Assembly (NCBI GenBank): GCA_964431515.1
Contig: CAYSKF010000003.1
Coordinates: forward strand, 164,986-228,985
Length of the DNA stretch: 64,000 nucleotides
Direction: 5' to 3'
Source: an uncultured Bdellovibrio sp.
GTDB lineage: Bacteria; Bdellovibrionota; Bdellovibrionia; Bdellovibrionales; Bdellovibrionaceae
Part shown: positions 8,374 to 18,385 of the stretch, one piece after another
Layout: every line of letters starts with the position of its first letter
Position numbering within the stretch: the stretch's first letter is position 1
The notes under the pieces: model-generated
The model's input: the letters and a program-made list of their open reading frames with translations, nothing else
The model's database searches: none
Told to the model about the DNA's origin: nothing
Program-made: the position numbers and the translations under genes

Positions 8374-9125
8374 TTTTGCTCTGATAAAAATTCGACTAAA
8401 TATTGGGACTCTTTCAAAGATCGCACTAGATCGCGATAGTTCCCAATATGCAATTCAACAAGAGACCAAAATCTTTCCGAATGATTCATGTGCGCAAGGT
8501 GCGCCAGCTCATGGACGATCACATAATCAATAATTTCTTTTTTGAAGACAATTAAACGCCAATTCAGATTGATCGATTTACGTGAGGAACAACTTCCCCA
8601 GCGGGTTCTTTGTTCTCTAAAGCGCAGTTGCGCCGGGGTTAGCTGCATCTGCTCTGACCAAAACTGAACCCTTTGAGTTAAATACTGAACGGCCTCGCGT
8701 TTATAGAAATGCCTGATTTCAGTCAAAGCAGTCGGATGTTCTTGTATTTGAGTTTCAGCACTCCATTGGTCGCGTGGAATATGCAAAAGCAAATGTTCAT
8801 CAGAAATCGACACAAATGTTTTCTTGTGCAAAGTAATGACCACTTTTAAATGACGATCCACTCCCATAAAAGGAAAGCGTTCAAAAGCTTTGATTTTTTT
8901 ATCTGGAAATCTATCCGCAATTTTAGAAAATTTGTCGTAGGCTTTTTCAATCCAGTCCTTTTTGGCCAACAGAAAATCAACGATCACTTTCTGAGAAGTG
9001 TTCTTAGCTGCTATCACCTTCAGAGGTTTGTTCGGATAAACGTAAAGGGAAATAGATCGACGGAAAGCACGACGATGAACTTCAACATTCCACTTTGAAA
9101 ACAAAAAGGTTTCTTTGTCACTCAC
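8370..9125 (-). CDS. YgjP/DUF45 family zinc-dependent hydrolase
   Basis: RTRWGSCS, INLNWRL and DYVIVHELAHLAHMNHSERFW. Confidence 0.9.
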   Translation of the reverse strand: MSDKETFLFSKWNVEVHRRAFRRSISLYVYPNKPLKVIAAKNTSQKVIVDFLLAKKDWIEKAYDKFSKIADRFPDKKIKAFERFPFMGVDRHLKVVITLHKKTFVSISDEHLLLHIPRDQWSAETQIQEHPTALTEIRHFYKREAVQYLTQRVQFWSEQMQLTPAQLRFREQRTRWGSCSSRKSINLNWRLIVFKKEIIDYVIVHELAHLAHMNHSERFWSLVELHIGNYRDLVRSLKESQYLVEFLSEQN

Positions 9126-9170
9126 GAGACAGAGAATGACTTACAGACGGAAAAGTGGCAAGATGAGAAA

Positions 9171-10145
9171 ATGAATAAAAGCTCCTCTTTCTTCAGTTTA
9201 GATCCCGCCAAAGTCTTGCTAGCAGCAGAATCTGCCGGGTTTTATCCCACGGGGGAGTTCACGCAGCTCAATTCTTATGAAAATCGCGTTTTTGATATCA
9301 AACTCGAAGAAGGTTTTAAGAACAACTTAGGCAAGAATGTCATTGCGAAGTTTTACCGTCCTCAGCGCTGGAGCAAAGAGGCCATCCTTGAAGAACACGA
9401 GTTTTTATTGTCGCTTCAATCGGAAGGCATTCCAGCCATTGCCCCCTTAATCCAAAATCATGACAGCACTTTGCTTGAAGTCGATGATATGTTTGTCGCT
9501 TTCTTTCCAAAAGTTTTAGGCAGAATGCCGCAGGAGTTTTTATCCGGTGAACTGCAGAAGGTGGGCCGACTGATGGCACAAGTCCACAATATCGGTGCCC
9601 GCAAAGAGGCGCCCCATCGGCCTGTCCTGGATACGAGCTATTACGGTGGTTGGGAAACCTTAGATTTTCTGCAAGACTGGATCACCCCAGAGTTGCGCGA
9701 ACGCTATACCATCGCAGCTGAAGATATTTTGTACGCTATCGATGATCTTTTTGATCCGTCCGAGTTCATTCGTATTCACGGTGATTGCCACAAAGGGAAT
9801 TTACTAAATAACGGCAAGCAATTTTTCTTGGTCGACTTTGATGATTTCGTCAATGGGCCGGTGATTCAAGATTTTTGGATGCTCCTTTCTGGGGATGCAG
9901 ACAGCCTTGATGAAGAAAAGCAGCAAATTATTGAAGGCTACGAAGAATTGCGTGAATTTCCAGATCATCAGTGGGCTTGGGTTCCATTACTTCGCGGCTT
10001 GCGCATAATTATGTATGCGGGCTGGATCGCCAAGCGCTGGGAAGATTCAAGCTTTCCTCGCCTCTTTCCGGAATTTAACACTTTTAGGTATTGGGCAGAA
10101 GAAGTCGAAGCCATTGAGAAAATTGCGTGGCAAATAAACAGCTAA
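9171..10145 (+). CDS. srkA: Stress response kinase A (SrkA/RdoA)
   Basis: LNSYENRVF, AKFYRPQRWS, IHGDCHKGN, VDFDD and RWEDSSFPRLFP. Confidence 0.9.
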   Translation: MNKSSSFFSLDPAKVLLAAESAGFYPTGEFTQLNSYENRVFDIKLEEGFKNNLGKNVIAKFYRPQRWSKEAILEEHEFLLSLQSEGIPAIAPLIQNHDSTLLEVDDMFVAFFPKVLGRMPQEFLSGELQKVGRLMAQVHNIGARKEAPHRPVLDTSYYGGWETLDFLQDWITPELRERYTIAAEDILYAIDDLFDPSEFIRIHGDCHKGNLLNNGKQFFLVDFDDFVNGPVIQDFWMLLSGDADSLDEEKQQIIEGYEELREFPDHQWAWVPLLRGLRIIMYAGWIAKRWEDSSFPRLFPEFNTFRYWAEEVEAIEKIAWQINS

Positions 10146-10157
10146 GGCAGTGTGATT

Positions 10158-10178
10158 GTGGAGTCATGACTCCACTTT
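10158..10178 (+). terminator. Perfect 18-bp palindrome plus TTT: srkA terminator or an operator for icd
   Basis: GTGGAGTCATGACTCCAC at 10158-10175. Confidence 0.45.
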
Positions 10179-10310
10179 AAACACCTTGTCAAAGTGCTTA
10201 AGACTGACTAATTGCCGAATGGCTCACTCTGGAAGAAATTCCTTTGAATTGATCGAGCCTTCATTCTATATTTTCGAAGCTTTAGCAATCACATTCAAAA
10301 GGAACGACTC

Positions 10311-11537
10311 ATGAATAAAATCAAAGTTGCAAATCCCGTCGTTGAGCTCGATGGCGATGAAATGACACGTATCATTTGGAAGTTCATCAAAGATAAATTG
10401 ATCCTTCCTTATCTTGATATCGATATTAAATACTACGACTTGGGCATGGAGCATCGTGATGCTACAAACGACCAAGTAACTGTTGATGCAGCTGAGGCAA
10501 TCAAAAAGTACAACGTGGGTATCAAGTGTGCGACTATCACTCCTGATGAAGCTCGCGTAAAAGAATTCAACTTGAAACAGATGTGGAAATCACCAAACGG
10601 CACTATCCGTAACATTTTGGATGGAACTGTTTTCCGTGAACCAATCATCTGCAAAAACGTTCCTCGTTTGGTTCCTAACTGGACAGCGCCAATCTGCATT
10701 GGCCGTCATGCATTCGGCGATCAATACCGCGCAACTGATTTTGTTACTAAAGGCAAAGGTAAGTTGACGATCACTTTCGAAGGTGAAAACGGCGAAAAGA
10801 TTCAACACGAAGTTTACAACTTCAAAGGTGATGGCGTTGCGATGGCGATGTACAACACTGATGAGTCTATCTCTGGTTTTGCACGTTCTTGCTTCAACCA
10901 AGCTCTTTCTAAAAAATGGCCTTTGTACCTTTCTACAAAGAACACCATTTTGAAAAAGTACGATGGTCGCTTCAAAGATATCTTCGAAGAAATCTACCAA
11001 AAAGAATTCAAAGCGAAGTTTGATGCTGCAGGCATCACTTATGAGCATCGTTTGATCGATGACATGGTTGCTTCTGCTTTGAAATGGAACGGAAACTTCG
11101 TATGGGCTTGTAAGAACTACGATGGTGACGTTCAGTCTGATACAGTTGCACAAGGTTTCGGATCTTTGGGCTTGATGACTTCAGTTCTTATCACTCCAGA
11201 TGGTAAGACAATGGAATCTGAAGCGGCACACGGAACAGTGACTCGTCACTACCGTCAGCACCAACAAGGCAAACCAACTTCTACAAATCCAATCGCATCA
11301 ATCTTTGCATGGACTCGTGGACTTGAGCACCGTGGTAACTTGGACAACAATGCTGAGCTTGTGAAGTTTGCTCAAACTTTGGAAAAAGTTTGCGTAGAGA
11401 CAGTTGAAGCTGGCTTTATGACAAAAGACCTTGCTGTTTGTATTTATGGCGACAAAGTTCCTGCTGATAAATACATGAACACTGAGCCGTTCCTTGAGAA
11501 ATTAGATGAGAACCTTAAAAAGGCTCTTACTCATTAA
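10311..11537 (+). CDS. icd: NADP-dependent isocitrate dehydrogenase (type II, eukaryote-like)
   Basis: [32 protein letters not shown] and [10 protein letters not shown]. Confidence 0.97.
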   Translation: MNKIKVANPVVELDGDEMTRIIWKFIKDKLILPYLDIDIKYYDLGMEHRDATNDQVTVDAAEAIKKYNVGIKCATITPDEARVKEFNLKQMWKSPNGTIRNILDGTVFREPIICKNVPRLVPNWTAPICIGRHAFGDQYRATDFVTKGKGKLTITFEGENGEKIQHEVYNFKGDGVAMAMYNTDESISGFARSCFNQALSKKWPLYLSTKNTILKKYDGRFKDIFEEIYQKEFKAKFDAAGITYEHRLIDDMVASALKWNGNFVWACKNYDGDVQSDTVAQGFGSLGLMTSVLITPDGKTMESEAAHGTVTRHYRQHQQGKPTSTNPIASIFAWTRGLEHRGNLDNNAELVKFAQTLEKVCVETVEAGFMTKDLAVCIYGDKVPADKYMNTEPFLEKLDENLKKALTH

Positions 11538-11558
11538 TCAATAGGAAATTTCTTAGTC

Positions 11559-11589
11559 AAAAAGCCTCGCAAATTGCGGGGCTTTTTTT
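11559..11589. terminator. Bidirectional intrinsic terminator
   Basis: AAAAAGCCTCGC...GCGGGGCTTTTTTT between convergent genes. Confidence 0.85.
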
Positions 11590-11606
11590 ATTTCAGAACC
11601 TTGGAT

Positions 11607-11972
11607 TTACTTTACTCGCACTTTTATCTTCGCCTGCGCCTTCGATCTGCAGGTAGACTCCATCGCAACAGTCGCGCACTCCATAGCACCGCAACTCATT
11701 GAAATAACATGGTTTTCTTTATTCAAATCCTTTACTTCTTGTTTCCAATCGGCACAGGCTTTTTTCCAATTATTACGAGCCTCTTTAAGGAGTGGAGCAG
11801 CGTCCCCTTCGATATCATTCTCACTTGAAACGACCTCAAACTCTCTACTTGCGGAACCACCCTTTTTAACTTCGATCGTCGTGGTTTCATCCACTGGAAT
11901 ATCTTTAATTCCCACCGACTGCGCAAAACTGACAAACGGCAAAAAAATGAATAGAACTAAAGTAATTCTCAT
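11607..11972 (-). CDS. Small secreted Cys-containing hypothetical protein
   Basis: Signal peptide ending VSFA; four Cys; GGAGA RBS. Confidence 0.75.
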   Translation of the reverse strand: MRITLVLFIFLPFVSFAQSVGIKDIPVDETTTIEVKKGGSASREFEVVSSENDIEGDAAPLLKEARNNWKKACADWKQEVKDLNKENHVISMSCGAMECATVAMESTCRSKAQAKIKVRVK

Positions 11973-12100
11973 AGTGTTCTCCTTGGTTTATGAACCAAGG
12001 CTAGCACCGGCGGCGATCACCTGCAAAAAAAGAAGGACTACCAGGTGTTTACGCAGAGAGTTATTGAATGTAATACCCCCCGCCATGTTATACATCTGCC

Positions 12101-12202
12101 AGTGGCCGGGTCCCATACAATAGCACTCTTGACGAATCCCGCTAGGTCCGGAAGGAAGCAACGGCACTCGAGGGACTATGTGATATGGGGTGCTCGGCCG
12201 CT
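12101..12202 (+). ncRNA. ffs: Signal recognition particle (4.5S) RNA
   Basis: Conserved helix-8 motif AGGTCCGGAAGGAAGCA; complementary ends AGTGGCCGGG/CTCGGCCGCT; usual position upstream of dnaX. Confidence 0.93.
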
Positions 12203-12239
12203 TTTCGTTTTTACGCAAAAGTTATGTAAGGGGTGTGTT

Positions 12240-14027
12240 TTGTCTTATCAGGTGATTGCACGCAAATGGCGTCCACAATCTTTCTCTGACGTCGTCGGGC
12301 AAAACCATATTACCCAGACTCTGACCAATGCTTTAAATAATTCACGTTTACCTCATGCCTTGCTTTTCACCGGACCACGCGGAACGGGAAAAACATCTTC
12401 AGCGCGAATTTTAGCTAAAGCCTTACGCTGCCCGCACGCGCAAAACTTTGTACCGTGCAATCAATGTGACTCGTGCCTTGAAATTGCCAATGGCTCTAGC
12501 ATTGATGTGATGGAAATCGACGGTGCCTCGAACAACGGCGTCGATGCCATTCGTGAGTTGCGTGACACTGTGGCCTTCATGCCTTCCAGTGGTAAATACA
12601 AGATCTACATTATTGACGAAGTTCACATGCTTTCAACGAGTGCCTTCAATGCTTTATTGAAAACACTCGAAGAGCCGCCTCCGCATATTATTTTCATCAT
12701 GGCCACAACCGAAGTGCACAAGATCCCACAAACGATCTTGTCTCGTTGCCAGCGATTTGACTTTAGACGCATTACAACTCGACAAATCACAGAGCGTTTA
12801 AAATTGATCTGCGATCGCGAAGGTGTGCAAACGGATGAAGATGCCCTGTGGGTGATTGCACGTCAGGGTGATGGCTCCATGCGAGACTCGCAAAGTCTTT
12901 TGGATCAAGTGATCACATTTGCCAATGGACCATTGAATCGCGCAAATGTGGTAGAAATTCTGGGCCTAACAGATCGATCTTTATTGTTTGAGACGCTGAA
13001 TGCTTTGATTGATCGCAATTCAAAAGCGGTCTTGTCTGTTATCGAAAAAATTGCTTCTGCAGGCTTTGAACCTCATTTGTTCTCTCAAGACCTTCTTGAG
13101 ATGATTCGCAACCTGTTGCTAGTCAAAGTTTCTGAGTCACAGGCCGTGCAGATTTTAGAAATGCCGGATTCAGAGCTTCAAGCTCTGAATGATATGGCTC
13201 AGAAGTTACCAGAAGAAGACATTCATATGCTCTTCGACATGGCACTCAAAGGTGGCAACGATATTCCTCGCGCTCAAGATCCGCGCATAGTTTTAGAAGT
13301 GACTTTGCTAAGAATGGCATCGGCACCAAAGCTAGTAGACCTTAAAACTTTGCTTCAAGGCGGAACTTCATCTTCTCACAGCGCAGGTGGGGCCAGGCCC
13401 TACGTTCCACCGGTAGCTCCACCCACTAAAGGACATCAGCGCTTACAAGAAGCCCAAAAAATCGCGGAAGCTCCTTCGGGACTCAACGCCATGAAGGCTG
13501 CGATCGAGAACAAACAAAAAACAGCGACCCCTAATAAACCTGTTGTCACTGCAAATGCGAATACAGCAACGACTGCGGACGCACCTGCAGCGCCAAAACT
13601 TGCGACAGGCACAACGGCGACAGAAAAATGGGTTCACTTCATTGATCTTGTTCGTCAAGACGATGCCCTATTTGCTGCGAAAATTGAAAATCTTCTGTTT
13701 GCAAAAGAGGAAGGGAAGCTTCTTAGCTTGGGTGTTCCAACTAAATTGGCTTTCCTCAAAGAGCAAATGGCCGACGCTCAAATCCGCAAAAAACTGCAAG
13801 GATTTATTGATTCGTATTGGGGTGCTGGGTATTCTTTTGAAGTATTAATGAGTCGTGATCAGGTCGGAGAATCTGCACATGCGTTGCAACAAAAAAAGCA
13901 ACAGCAAGCTGAAGAGGATATTCGTGCCCAGATCACAGAAAACCCTATGGTAAAAGCAGCACAAACTGCTTTTAACGGTAAGATTAAATCCATAGTAGAA
14001 ACTAAGCGCACAAGCGCAGGGAGATAG
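12240..14027 (+). CDS. dnaX: DNA polymerase III subunit gamma/tau
   Basis: True start TTG 12240 (MSYQVIARKWRPQ); GPRGTGKT, zinc Cys cluster, DEVHML and SRC. Confidence 0.96.
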   Translation: MSYQVIARKWRPQSFSDVVGQNHITQTLTNALNNSRLPHALLFTGPRGTGKTSSARILAKALRCPHAQNFVPCNQCDSCLEIANGSSIDVMEIDGASNNGVDAIRELRDTVAFMPSSGKYKIYIIDEVHMLSTSAFNALLKTLEEPPPHIIFIMATTEVHKIPQTILSRCQRFDFRRITTRQITERLKLICDREGVQTDEDALWVIARQGDGSMRDSQSLLDQVITFANGPLNRANVVEILGLTDRSLLFETLNALIDRNSKAVLSVIEKIASAGFEPHLFSQDLLEMIRNLLLVKVSESQAVQILEMPDSELQALNDMAQKLPEEDIHMLFDMALKGGNDIPRAQDPRIVLEVTLLRMASAPKLVDLKTLLQGGTSSSHSAGGARPYVPPVAPPTKGHQRLQEAQKIAEAPSGLNAMKAAIENKQKTATPNKPVVTANANTATTADAPAAPKLATGTTATEKWVHFIDLVRQDDALFAAKIENLLFAKEEGKLLSLGVPTKLAFLKEQMADAQIRKKLQGFIDSYWGAGYSFEVLMSRDQVGESAHALQQKKQQQAEEDIRAQITENPMVKAAQTAFNGKIKSIVETKRTSAGR

Positions 14028-14029
14028 TT

Positions 14030-14353
14030 ATGAAAGGCATGCCTGGCGGAATGGCTCAGCTGATGAAGCAAGCTAATCAAATGCAAATGAAGATGAAAAA
14101 AACTCAAGAGGAGCTTGCTAAGAAAGAATACGAAGCAACTTCTGGTGGTGGCGCTGTTAAAGTAAAAGTTAACGGAGACCACACAATCACTTCTTTGACA
14201 ATCGACCCAGAAGTTCTAAAAGCTGGCGACGTTGAAATGCTTCAAGACATGGTTTTGTCTGCAGCAAATGAAGCTATCAAAATTGCGCGCGACACTTCTG
14301 CCAAAGAAATGGAAAAAGTGACTGGCGGCCTGAACATTCCTGGAATGTTCTAA
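14030..14353 (+). CDS. ybaB: Nucleoid-associated protein YbaB/EbfC
   Basis: MKQANQMQ, SGGGAVKV and DVEMLQD; dnaX-ybaB-recR synteny. Confidence 0.95.
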   Translation: MKGMPGGMAQLMKQANQMQMKMKKTQEELAKKEYEATSGGGAVKVKVNGDHTITSLTIDPEVLKAGDVEMLQDMVLSAANEAIKIARDTSAKEMEKVTGGLNIPGMF

Positions 14354-14383
14354 TAATTGTTTTTGATTTAATCAGGAGTTCTC

Positions 14384-14998
14384 TTGCTACACATATCAGC
14401 TTTAGAAAAGTTAGCCCACGAATTGAGTCGTCTGCCTGGTATCGGGCCCAAGACGGCTCAACGTTTGGCTTATCATATTCTGAAGTCCAGCAGTGAGTAC
14501 CCTGAGCGCCTTGCTGAGGCACTGGTGCGAGTTAAAGCAGAAGTTCACGAATGTCCTCGCTGCTTTAACTTCACCGACACGGAGCTTTGCCGTTACTGCG
14601 AAGATCCACATCGTTCTAATGATTCCTTGTGTATTGTCGAAGAACCCGCCGATATCATGCGGATTGAGTCTTCTGGTGCCTTCCGCGGTCGCTACCATGT
14701 TCTGCATGGAGCGATTTCCCCTCTTGAAGGCGTCGGACCTCAAGACCTTAAAATTCGCGAACTTATTCAGCGTATCGATGAAGGTCTAGAGGGCGAAGGT
14801 CCAGTTATTAAAGAAGTGATTTTGGCACTAGATGCGGATCTCGAGGGAGACACCACTGTTTTATACCTTGCCAAGCAGTTGCAAGGAAAAGGACTTAAAC
14901 TTTCTCGCATCGCCCACGGAGTTCCTATTGGCAGCGACATCGATTTCATAGATGATAGAACTATGGGGCGTGCCCTGCAAAATAGAGTGGAGCTGTAA
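14384..14998 (+). CDS. recR: Recombination mediator RecR
   Basis: LPGIGPKTAQRLA, C4 zinc finger and TOPRIM region (YHVLHGAISPL). Confidence 0.96.
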   Translation: MLHISALEKLAHELSRLPGIGPKTAQRLAYHILKSSSEYPERLAEALVRVKAEVHECPRCFNFTDTELCRYCEDPHRSNDSLCIVEEPADIMRIESSGAFRGRYHVLHGAISPLEGVGPQDLKIRELIQRIDEGLEGEGPVIKEVILALDADLEGDTTVLYLAKQLQGKGLKLSRIAHGVPIGSDIDFIDDRTMGRALQNRVEL

Positions 14999-15591
14999 TG
15001 TCCTTTATTAACTACAATGCCAAAGAGATTCACTGCAAAGTCGTGTATTACGGGCCTTCACTTGGCGGTAAGACGACGAACATTCAGTGGGTTTATCAAA
15101 AAACTGCTGAGGATCAAAAATCCAAACTTGTCGCATTGAATACGGATATTGAGCGCACTCTGTTTTTTGACTTTTTGCCACTGAACATTGGTGACATTCG
15201 CGGTTTCAAAACTCGTTTCCACCTTTACACTGTTCCCGGACAAGTTGTTTACGATGCTTCTCGCAAGCTGATCTTAAAAGGACTTGATGGTGTTATTTTC
15301 GTAGCCGATTCGCAAGTAGAGCGTATGGATGAAAATCTTGAATCTTTACGCAACTTGGAAAGAAACCTTGAACAGCAAGGTTACGATATCCGAGAAATCC
15401 CCTTAATCATGCAATACAACAAAAGAGACCTTCCTAACGTGGCTTCTTTGGCTGAGCTTCGTAGCGCTTTAAACCCCTACAATGCTCCAGAGATTGAAAG
15501 CTGTGCCTCAGAGGGAAAAGGTGTCTTTGAATCACTAAAAACTGTTTCCAAATCCATCATCCATGTCCTTAAGGGTGGCGCCACTTTGTAG
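14998..15591 (+). CDS. mglA: Ras-like GTPase MglA
   Basis: KVVYYGPSLGGKTTN, RTLFFDFLP, YTVPGQV and YNKRDL. Confidence 0.93.
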   Translation: MSFINYNAKEIHCKVVYYGPSLGGKTTNIQWVYQKTAEDQKSKLVALNTDIERTLFFDFLPLNIGDIRGFKTRFHLYTVPGQVVYDASRKLILKGLDGVIFVADSQVERMDENLESLRNLERNLEQQGYDIREIPLIMQYNKRDLPNVASLAELRSALNPYNAPEIESCASEGKGVFESLKTVSKSIIHVLKGGATL

Positions 15592-15642
15592 GTGTTTCCC
15601 ACCCCCTTGCTTTTCCAAAGCAGCATGGTATAGGAAGGCCCT

Positions 15643-16608
15643 ATGACATACGATATTGCTGCTGATATTCAGCGTCTGAAAAAAGAAAAAAACGCCGTTA
15701 TTCTTGCTCACTACTACGAAGATGGAGACATCCAGGACATCGCTGACTATGTTGGCGATAGCTTCTATCTAGCGAAAATGGGCCAACAAGTTCAACAGGA
15801 TGTAATCCTGTTGGCGGGTGTTGTTTTCATGGCAGAAAGCGTGAAGATTCTAAATCCGACAAAAAAAGTTCTAGTCCCAGATTTGGAAGCTAGCTGCTCC
15901 CTTGTTAAAGGGGCTCCTTACGATCAGTACTTGGCTTGGCGTCGACAACATCCAGATGGCATCGCTGTGACCTACATCAATTCTAGCGCGGAAGTGAAGT
16001 CGATCTCTGATGTTATTATTACTTCTTCCAATGCTCAGCAAATCGTAGAGTCTATTCCTAAAGATCGCAAAATTCTTTTTGGGCCCGATCAACACTTGGG
16101 TCGTTGGTTGTCTAAAAAACTCAACCGTGAATTTGTTTTGTGGCCAGGGGCTTGTGAAGTTCATGTGTTGTTTAATGCAAAAAAACTTTACGAGTTGATC
16201 CAGCAAAATCCTGATGCCGTTGTGATTGCACACCCCGAGTGTGACGATTCAGTTTTGCAGTATGCACAAGTCGTAGGATCTACGTCTCGCTTACTAGAGG
16301 AAGTCGAAAAGAATCCTGCAAAGAAATTTATCGTTGCCACTGAGGCTGGTATTTTCCATCAGATGCAAAAAAAGCGTCCTGATGTCACATTGATTCAAGC
16401 ACCCGTGTTGGATGCTGGATGCTCTTGCAATGATTGTCCTTACATGAAAATGAACTCGATGGAGAAGATCAAGCGCGCACTTGAAAACTTCCAACCAGAA
16501 GTGGGTCTTAATGAAGAACTTCGCTTAAAAGCTAAAGTTTCTTTGGATCGTATGATGGACATCACAAGCAACAAACCTGTTTCTTGGCCGACTCGGTTCA
16601 CGGTATAG
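15643..16608 (+). CDS. nadA: Quinolinate synthase
   Basis: ILAHYY, GVVFMAES, YINSSA, GACEVH, AHPEC and CPYMK. Confidence 0.95.
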   Translation: MTYDIAADIQRLKKEKNAVILAHYYEDGDIQDIADYVGDSFYLAKMGQQVQQDVILLAGVVFMAESVKILNPTKKVLVPDLEASCSLVKGAPYDQYLAWRRQHPDGIAVTYINSSAEVKSISDVIITSSNAQQIVESIPKDRKILFGPDQHLGRWLSKKLNREFVLWPGACEVHVLFNAKKLYELIQQNPDAVVIAHPECDDSVLQYAQVVGSTSRLLEEVEKNPAKKFIVATEAGIFHQMQKKRPDVTLIQAPVLDAGCSCNDCPYMKMNSMEKIKRALENFQPEVGLNEELRLKAKVSLDRMMDITSNKPVSWPTRFTV

Positions 16609-16630
16609 AATTGCAATCAGGAACTCGCAG

Positions 16631-17167
16631 ATGATGTTAAATTCAAATCACCTCGAGTTCCTTGAAATCTTCTTTGCTGTCCCACATCTGAAAGTTTTTT
16701 CAAAACCGGAATGGGGTAGTCAAAATCCGGAGCATCGAAATCTTCTGAAAACCGAGCTTGCTCAACAGAATCAAACGAACAGTGCAACACCCTACCACTC
16801 GATCTCTCACTGTCCTGCAGTTGGAGCTCTTGTCCTGTCGTCAAACCCTATTGGTGTAGATGTTGAAAAGTCTGCGCGTGTGGAATTAAAGATCGTCGCG
16901 CGTGTTTCCAACCCAAAAGAGTTGGAGATCATTCCAAGCCCTGCATCACTTTGGTGTGCCAAAGAAGCCGCTTTTAAAGCCCTTCGCCCCTACCAACAGC
17001 CCTCGGTCATTTCTGAAATTTCCATAGGGGGATGGCAAAAAATTGATTCCCAAATTGAGACTTTCCATATGAAAAACCCGTCTGACTTTCAGGCACCTGT
17101 CAAAAATAAAGGCGTTGTTATTCACGCAGAAGAAATCACCTACAGCTTTTTTATTTTTATACCTTAA
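16631..17167 (+). CDS. 4'-phosphopantetheinyl transferase family protein
   Basis: SISH, IGVDVE and WCAKEAAFKA. Confidence 0.85.
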   Translation: MMLNSNHLEFLEIFFAVPHLKVFSKPEWGSQNPEHRNLLKTELAQQNQTNSATPYHSISHCPAVGALVLSSNPIGVDVEKSARVELKIVARVSNPKELEIIPSPASLWCAKEAAFKALRPYQQPSVISEISIGGWQKIDSQIETFHMKNPSDFQAPVKNKGVVIHAEEITYSFFIFIP

Positions 17168-17190
17168 CTTTGGTCGAGTCCTGCCGAAGA
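17164..17190 (+). promoter_or_regulatory. sigma28/FliA-type promoter
   Basis: TTAACTTT-N11-GCCGAAGA upstream of the PilZ gene. Confidence 0.6.
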
Positions 17191-17237
17191 GTTATTAAGT
17201 TTAATTTTCACGCAAAGTTTTTAAGGTAGGTGTTCTA

Positions 17238-17630
17238 ATGGGAATTCAGAAAATCAACCGCAGAGTGGCTCCAAGGAAAGTAGTCTCTCCCATTCGTATT
17301 TCATATCTCACATCTCTAGATGATTTTGCAAAGATCGCAAGAAACTGTGAAGTCGTTGAAGCTTCCGCATCTGGATTATTATTAATGATCAAGCGCGAGG
17401 ATCTTATCCCCGCTGTGCTTCGTAAAAACTTAACCCTTGATGTTTTAGTGGGTGATCGTGTTTTTATGCATCTTGAAGAGATGAATTTAGAAATTTCCGG
17501 AGTTATCGCCAGAACGCAGTTGGTAGGAAAAAAAGGCTTTCAAATTGCAGTCGACTACAGCGACGAAGCCCCGGAATACTGGCGAGAATGCCTGATGGAT
17601 TTACTACCTCAGCCAGGAGAACTGGATTAA
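17238..17630 (+). CDS. PilZ-domain protein
   Basis: RRVAPR (RxxxR) and EASASG (variant of DxSxxG). Confidence 0.75.
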   Translation: MGIQKINRRVAPRKVVSPIRISYLTSLDDFAKIARNCEVVEASASGLLLMIKREDLIPAVLRKNLTLDVLVGDRVFMHLEEMNLEISGVIARTQLVGKKGFQIAVDYSDEAPEYWRECLMDLLPQPGELD

Positions 17631-17639
17631 GGATTTCAC

Positions 17640-17675
17640 ATGTGGCCTCTTTATTTTCAGAGGCCATATTTTTTT
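17640..17675 (+). terminator. Intrinsic terminator
   Basis: ATGTGGCCTCT/AGAGGCCATAT stem plus T run. Confidence 0.75.
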
Positions 17676-18312
17676 ACGCTAAATCCACAAAGTCAGGAAG
17701 ACCGACTTCGGAAACCAAAACCACTGAATAATGTGGTGGCAAGAACCAGCTGATTGCTTCGGCAATTCCTTGATGCTCTTTCGTTGGTGGATTACCCAAC
17801 GACTCCAATGAGAATGCTAAATCATAATGTTTGCGATCTGCACTCATGACAAGAATTCTTGGACGATGCACGCTTTGATCTCGGAAAAACTCTTTTAAAA
17901 TATTACGCACATACTGTGGAAGATATTGCGGAGACGGAGGACCTGCGTGAAGCTTTTGGCCCGTGGGCATTTCCATCGTACCAACGGGTGTTTCTTCAGC
18001 TGTTCGATAAAAAAGACCTGTTTCTTTGAAGTGCCAAAGCATGCCGTAGGTGAAGACATAATCTGGATATTCTTTGCGTGGATTTACAACAAGACCGACG
18101 CCTTTAAGCGCCAGCCACTGCATGATTTTATTGGCAGGCTCTTTCGCATCTTCAGTCACTTCTGCTAAAAGATAAGGCCAGCCGTCTGGACCTTTTTGAG
18201 GGGCTTCATGGATAAGACTTAAAGAGCCCTGAGTGATCGCCATAAAGAAGTCGATTTCCCATTGATGATCACGCTTTTCATCGGGAACATTTACAAGCTC
18301 AGTTAGTGTCAT
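17674..18312 (-). CDS. Conserved hypothetical protein, possibly SseB-like
   Basis: Likely start MTLTELVN at 18312 (AAGGAG RBS). The resemblance to SseB N/C domains is weak. Confidence 0.65.
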   Translation of the reverse strand: MTLTELVNVPDEKRDHQWEIDFFMAITQGSLSLIHEAPQKGPDGWPYLLAEVTEDAKEPANKIMQWLALKGVGLVVNPRKEYPDYVFTYGMLWHFKETGLFYRTAEETPVGTMEMPTGQKLHAGPPSPQYLPQYVRNILKEFFRDQSVHRPRILVMSADRKHYDLAFSLESLGNPPTKEHQGIAEAISWFLPPHYSVVLVSEVGLPDFVDLA

Positions 18313-18385
18313 TGAAAACTCCTTAATCCTGATGCCCCTTGTATGTCCCCTTGAAAAAGAGGTCAAGACAACCTCAGTCGGAAAA

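Noticed and set aside
10191..10221. sigma28 promoter before icd (GCCGAATG)
   Set aside because: No -35 element at the 15-nt spacing.
12045..12239. N-terminal extension of dnaX in the ORF track
   Set aside because: It overlaps the SRP RNA; the conserved start MSYQVIARKWRP begins at 12240.
13892..13898. In-frame A-AAA-AAG slippery site in dnaX
   Set aside because: About 43 codons from the end rather than after domain III, with no evident stimulatory hairpin or SD; likely a chance Gln-Lys-Lys.
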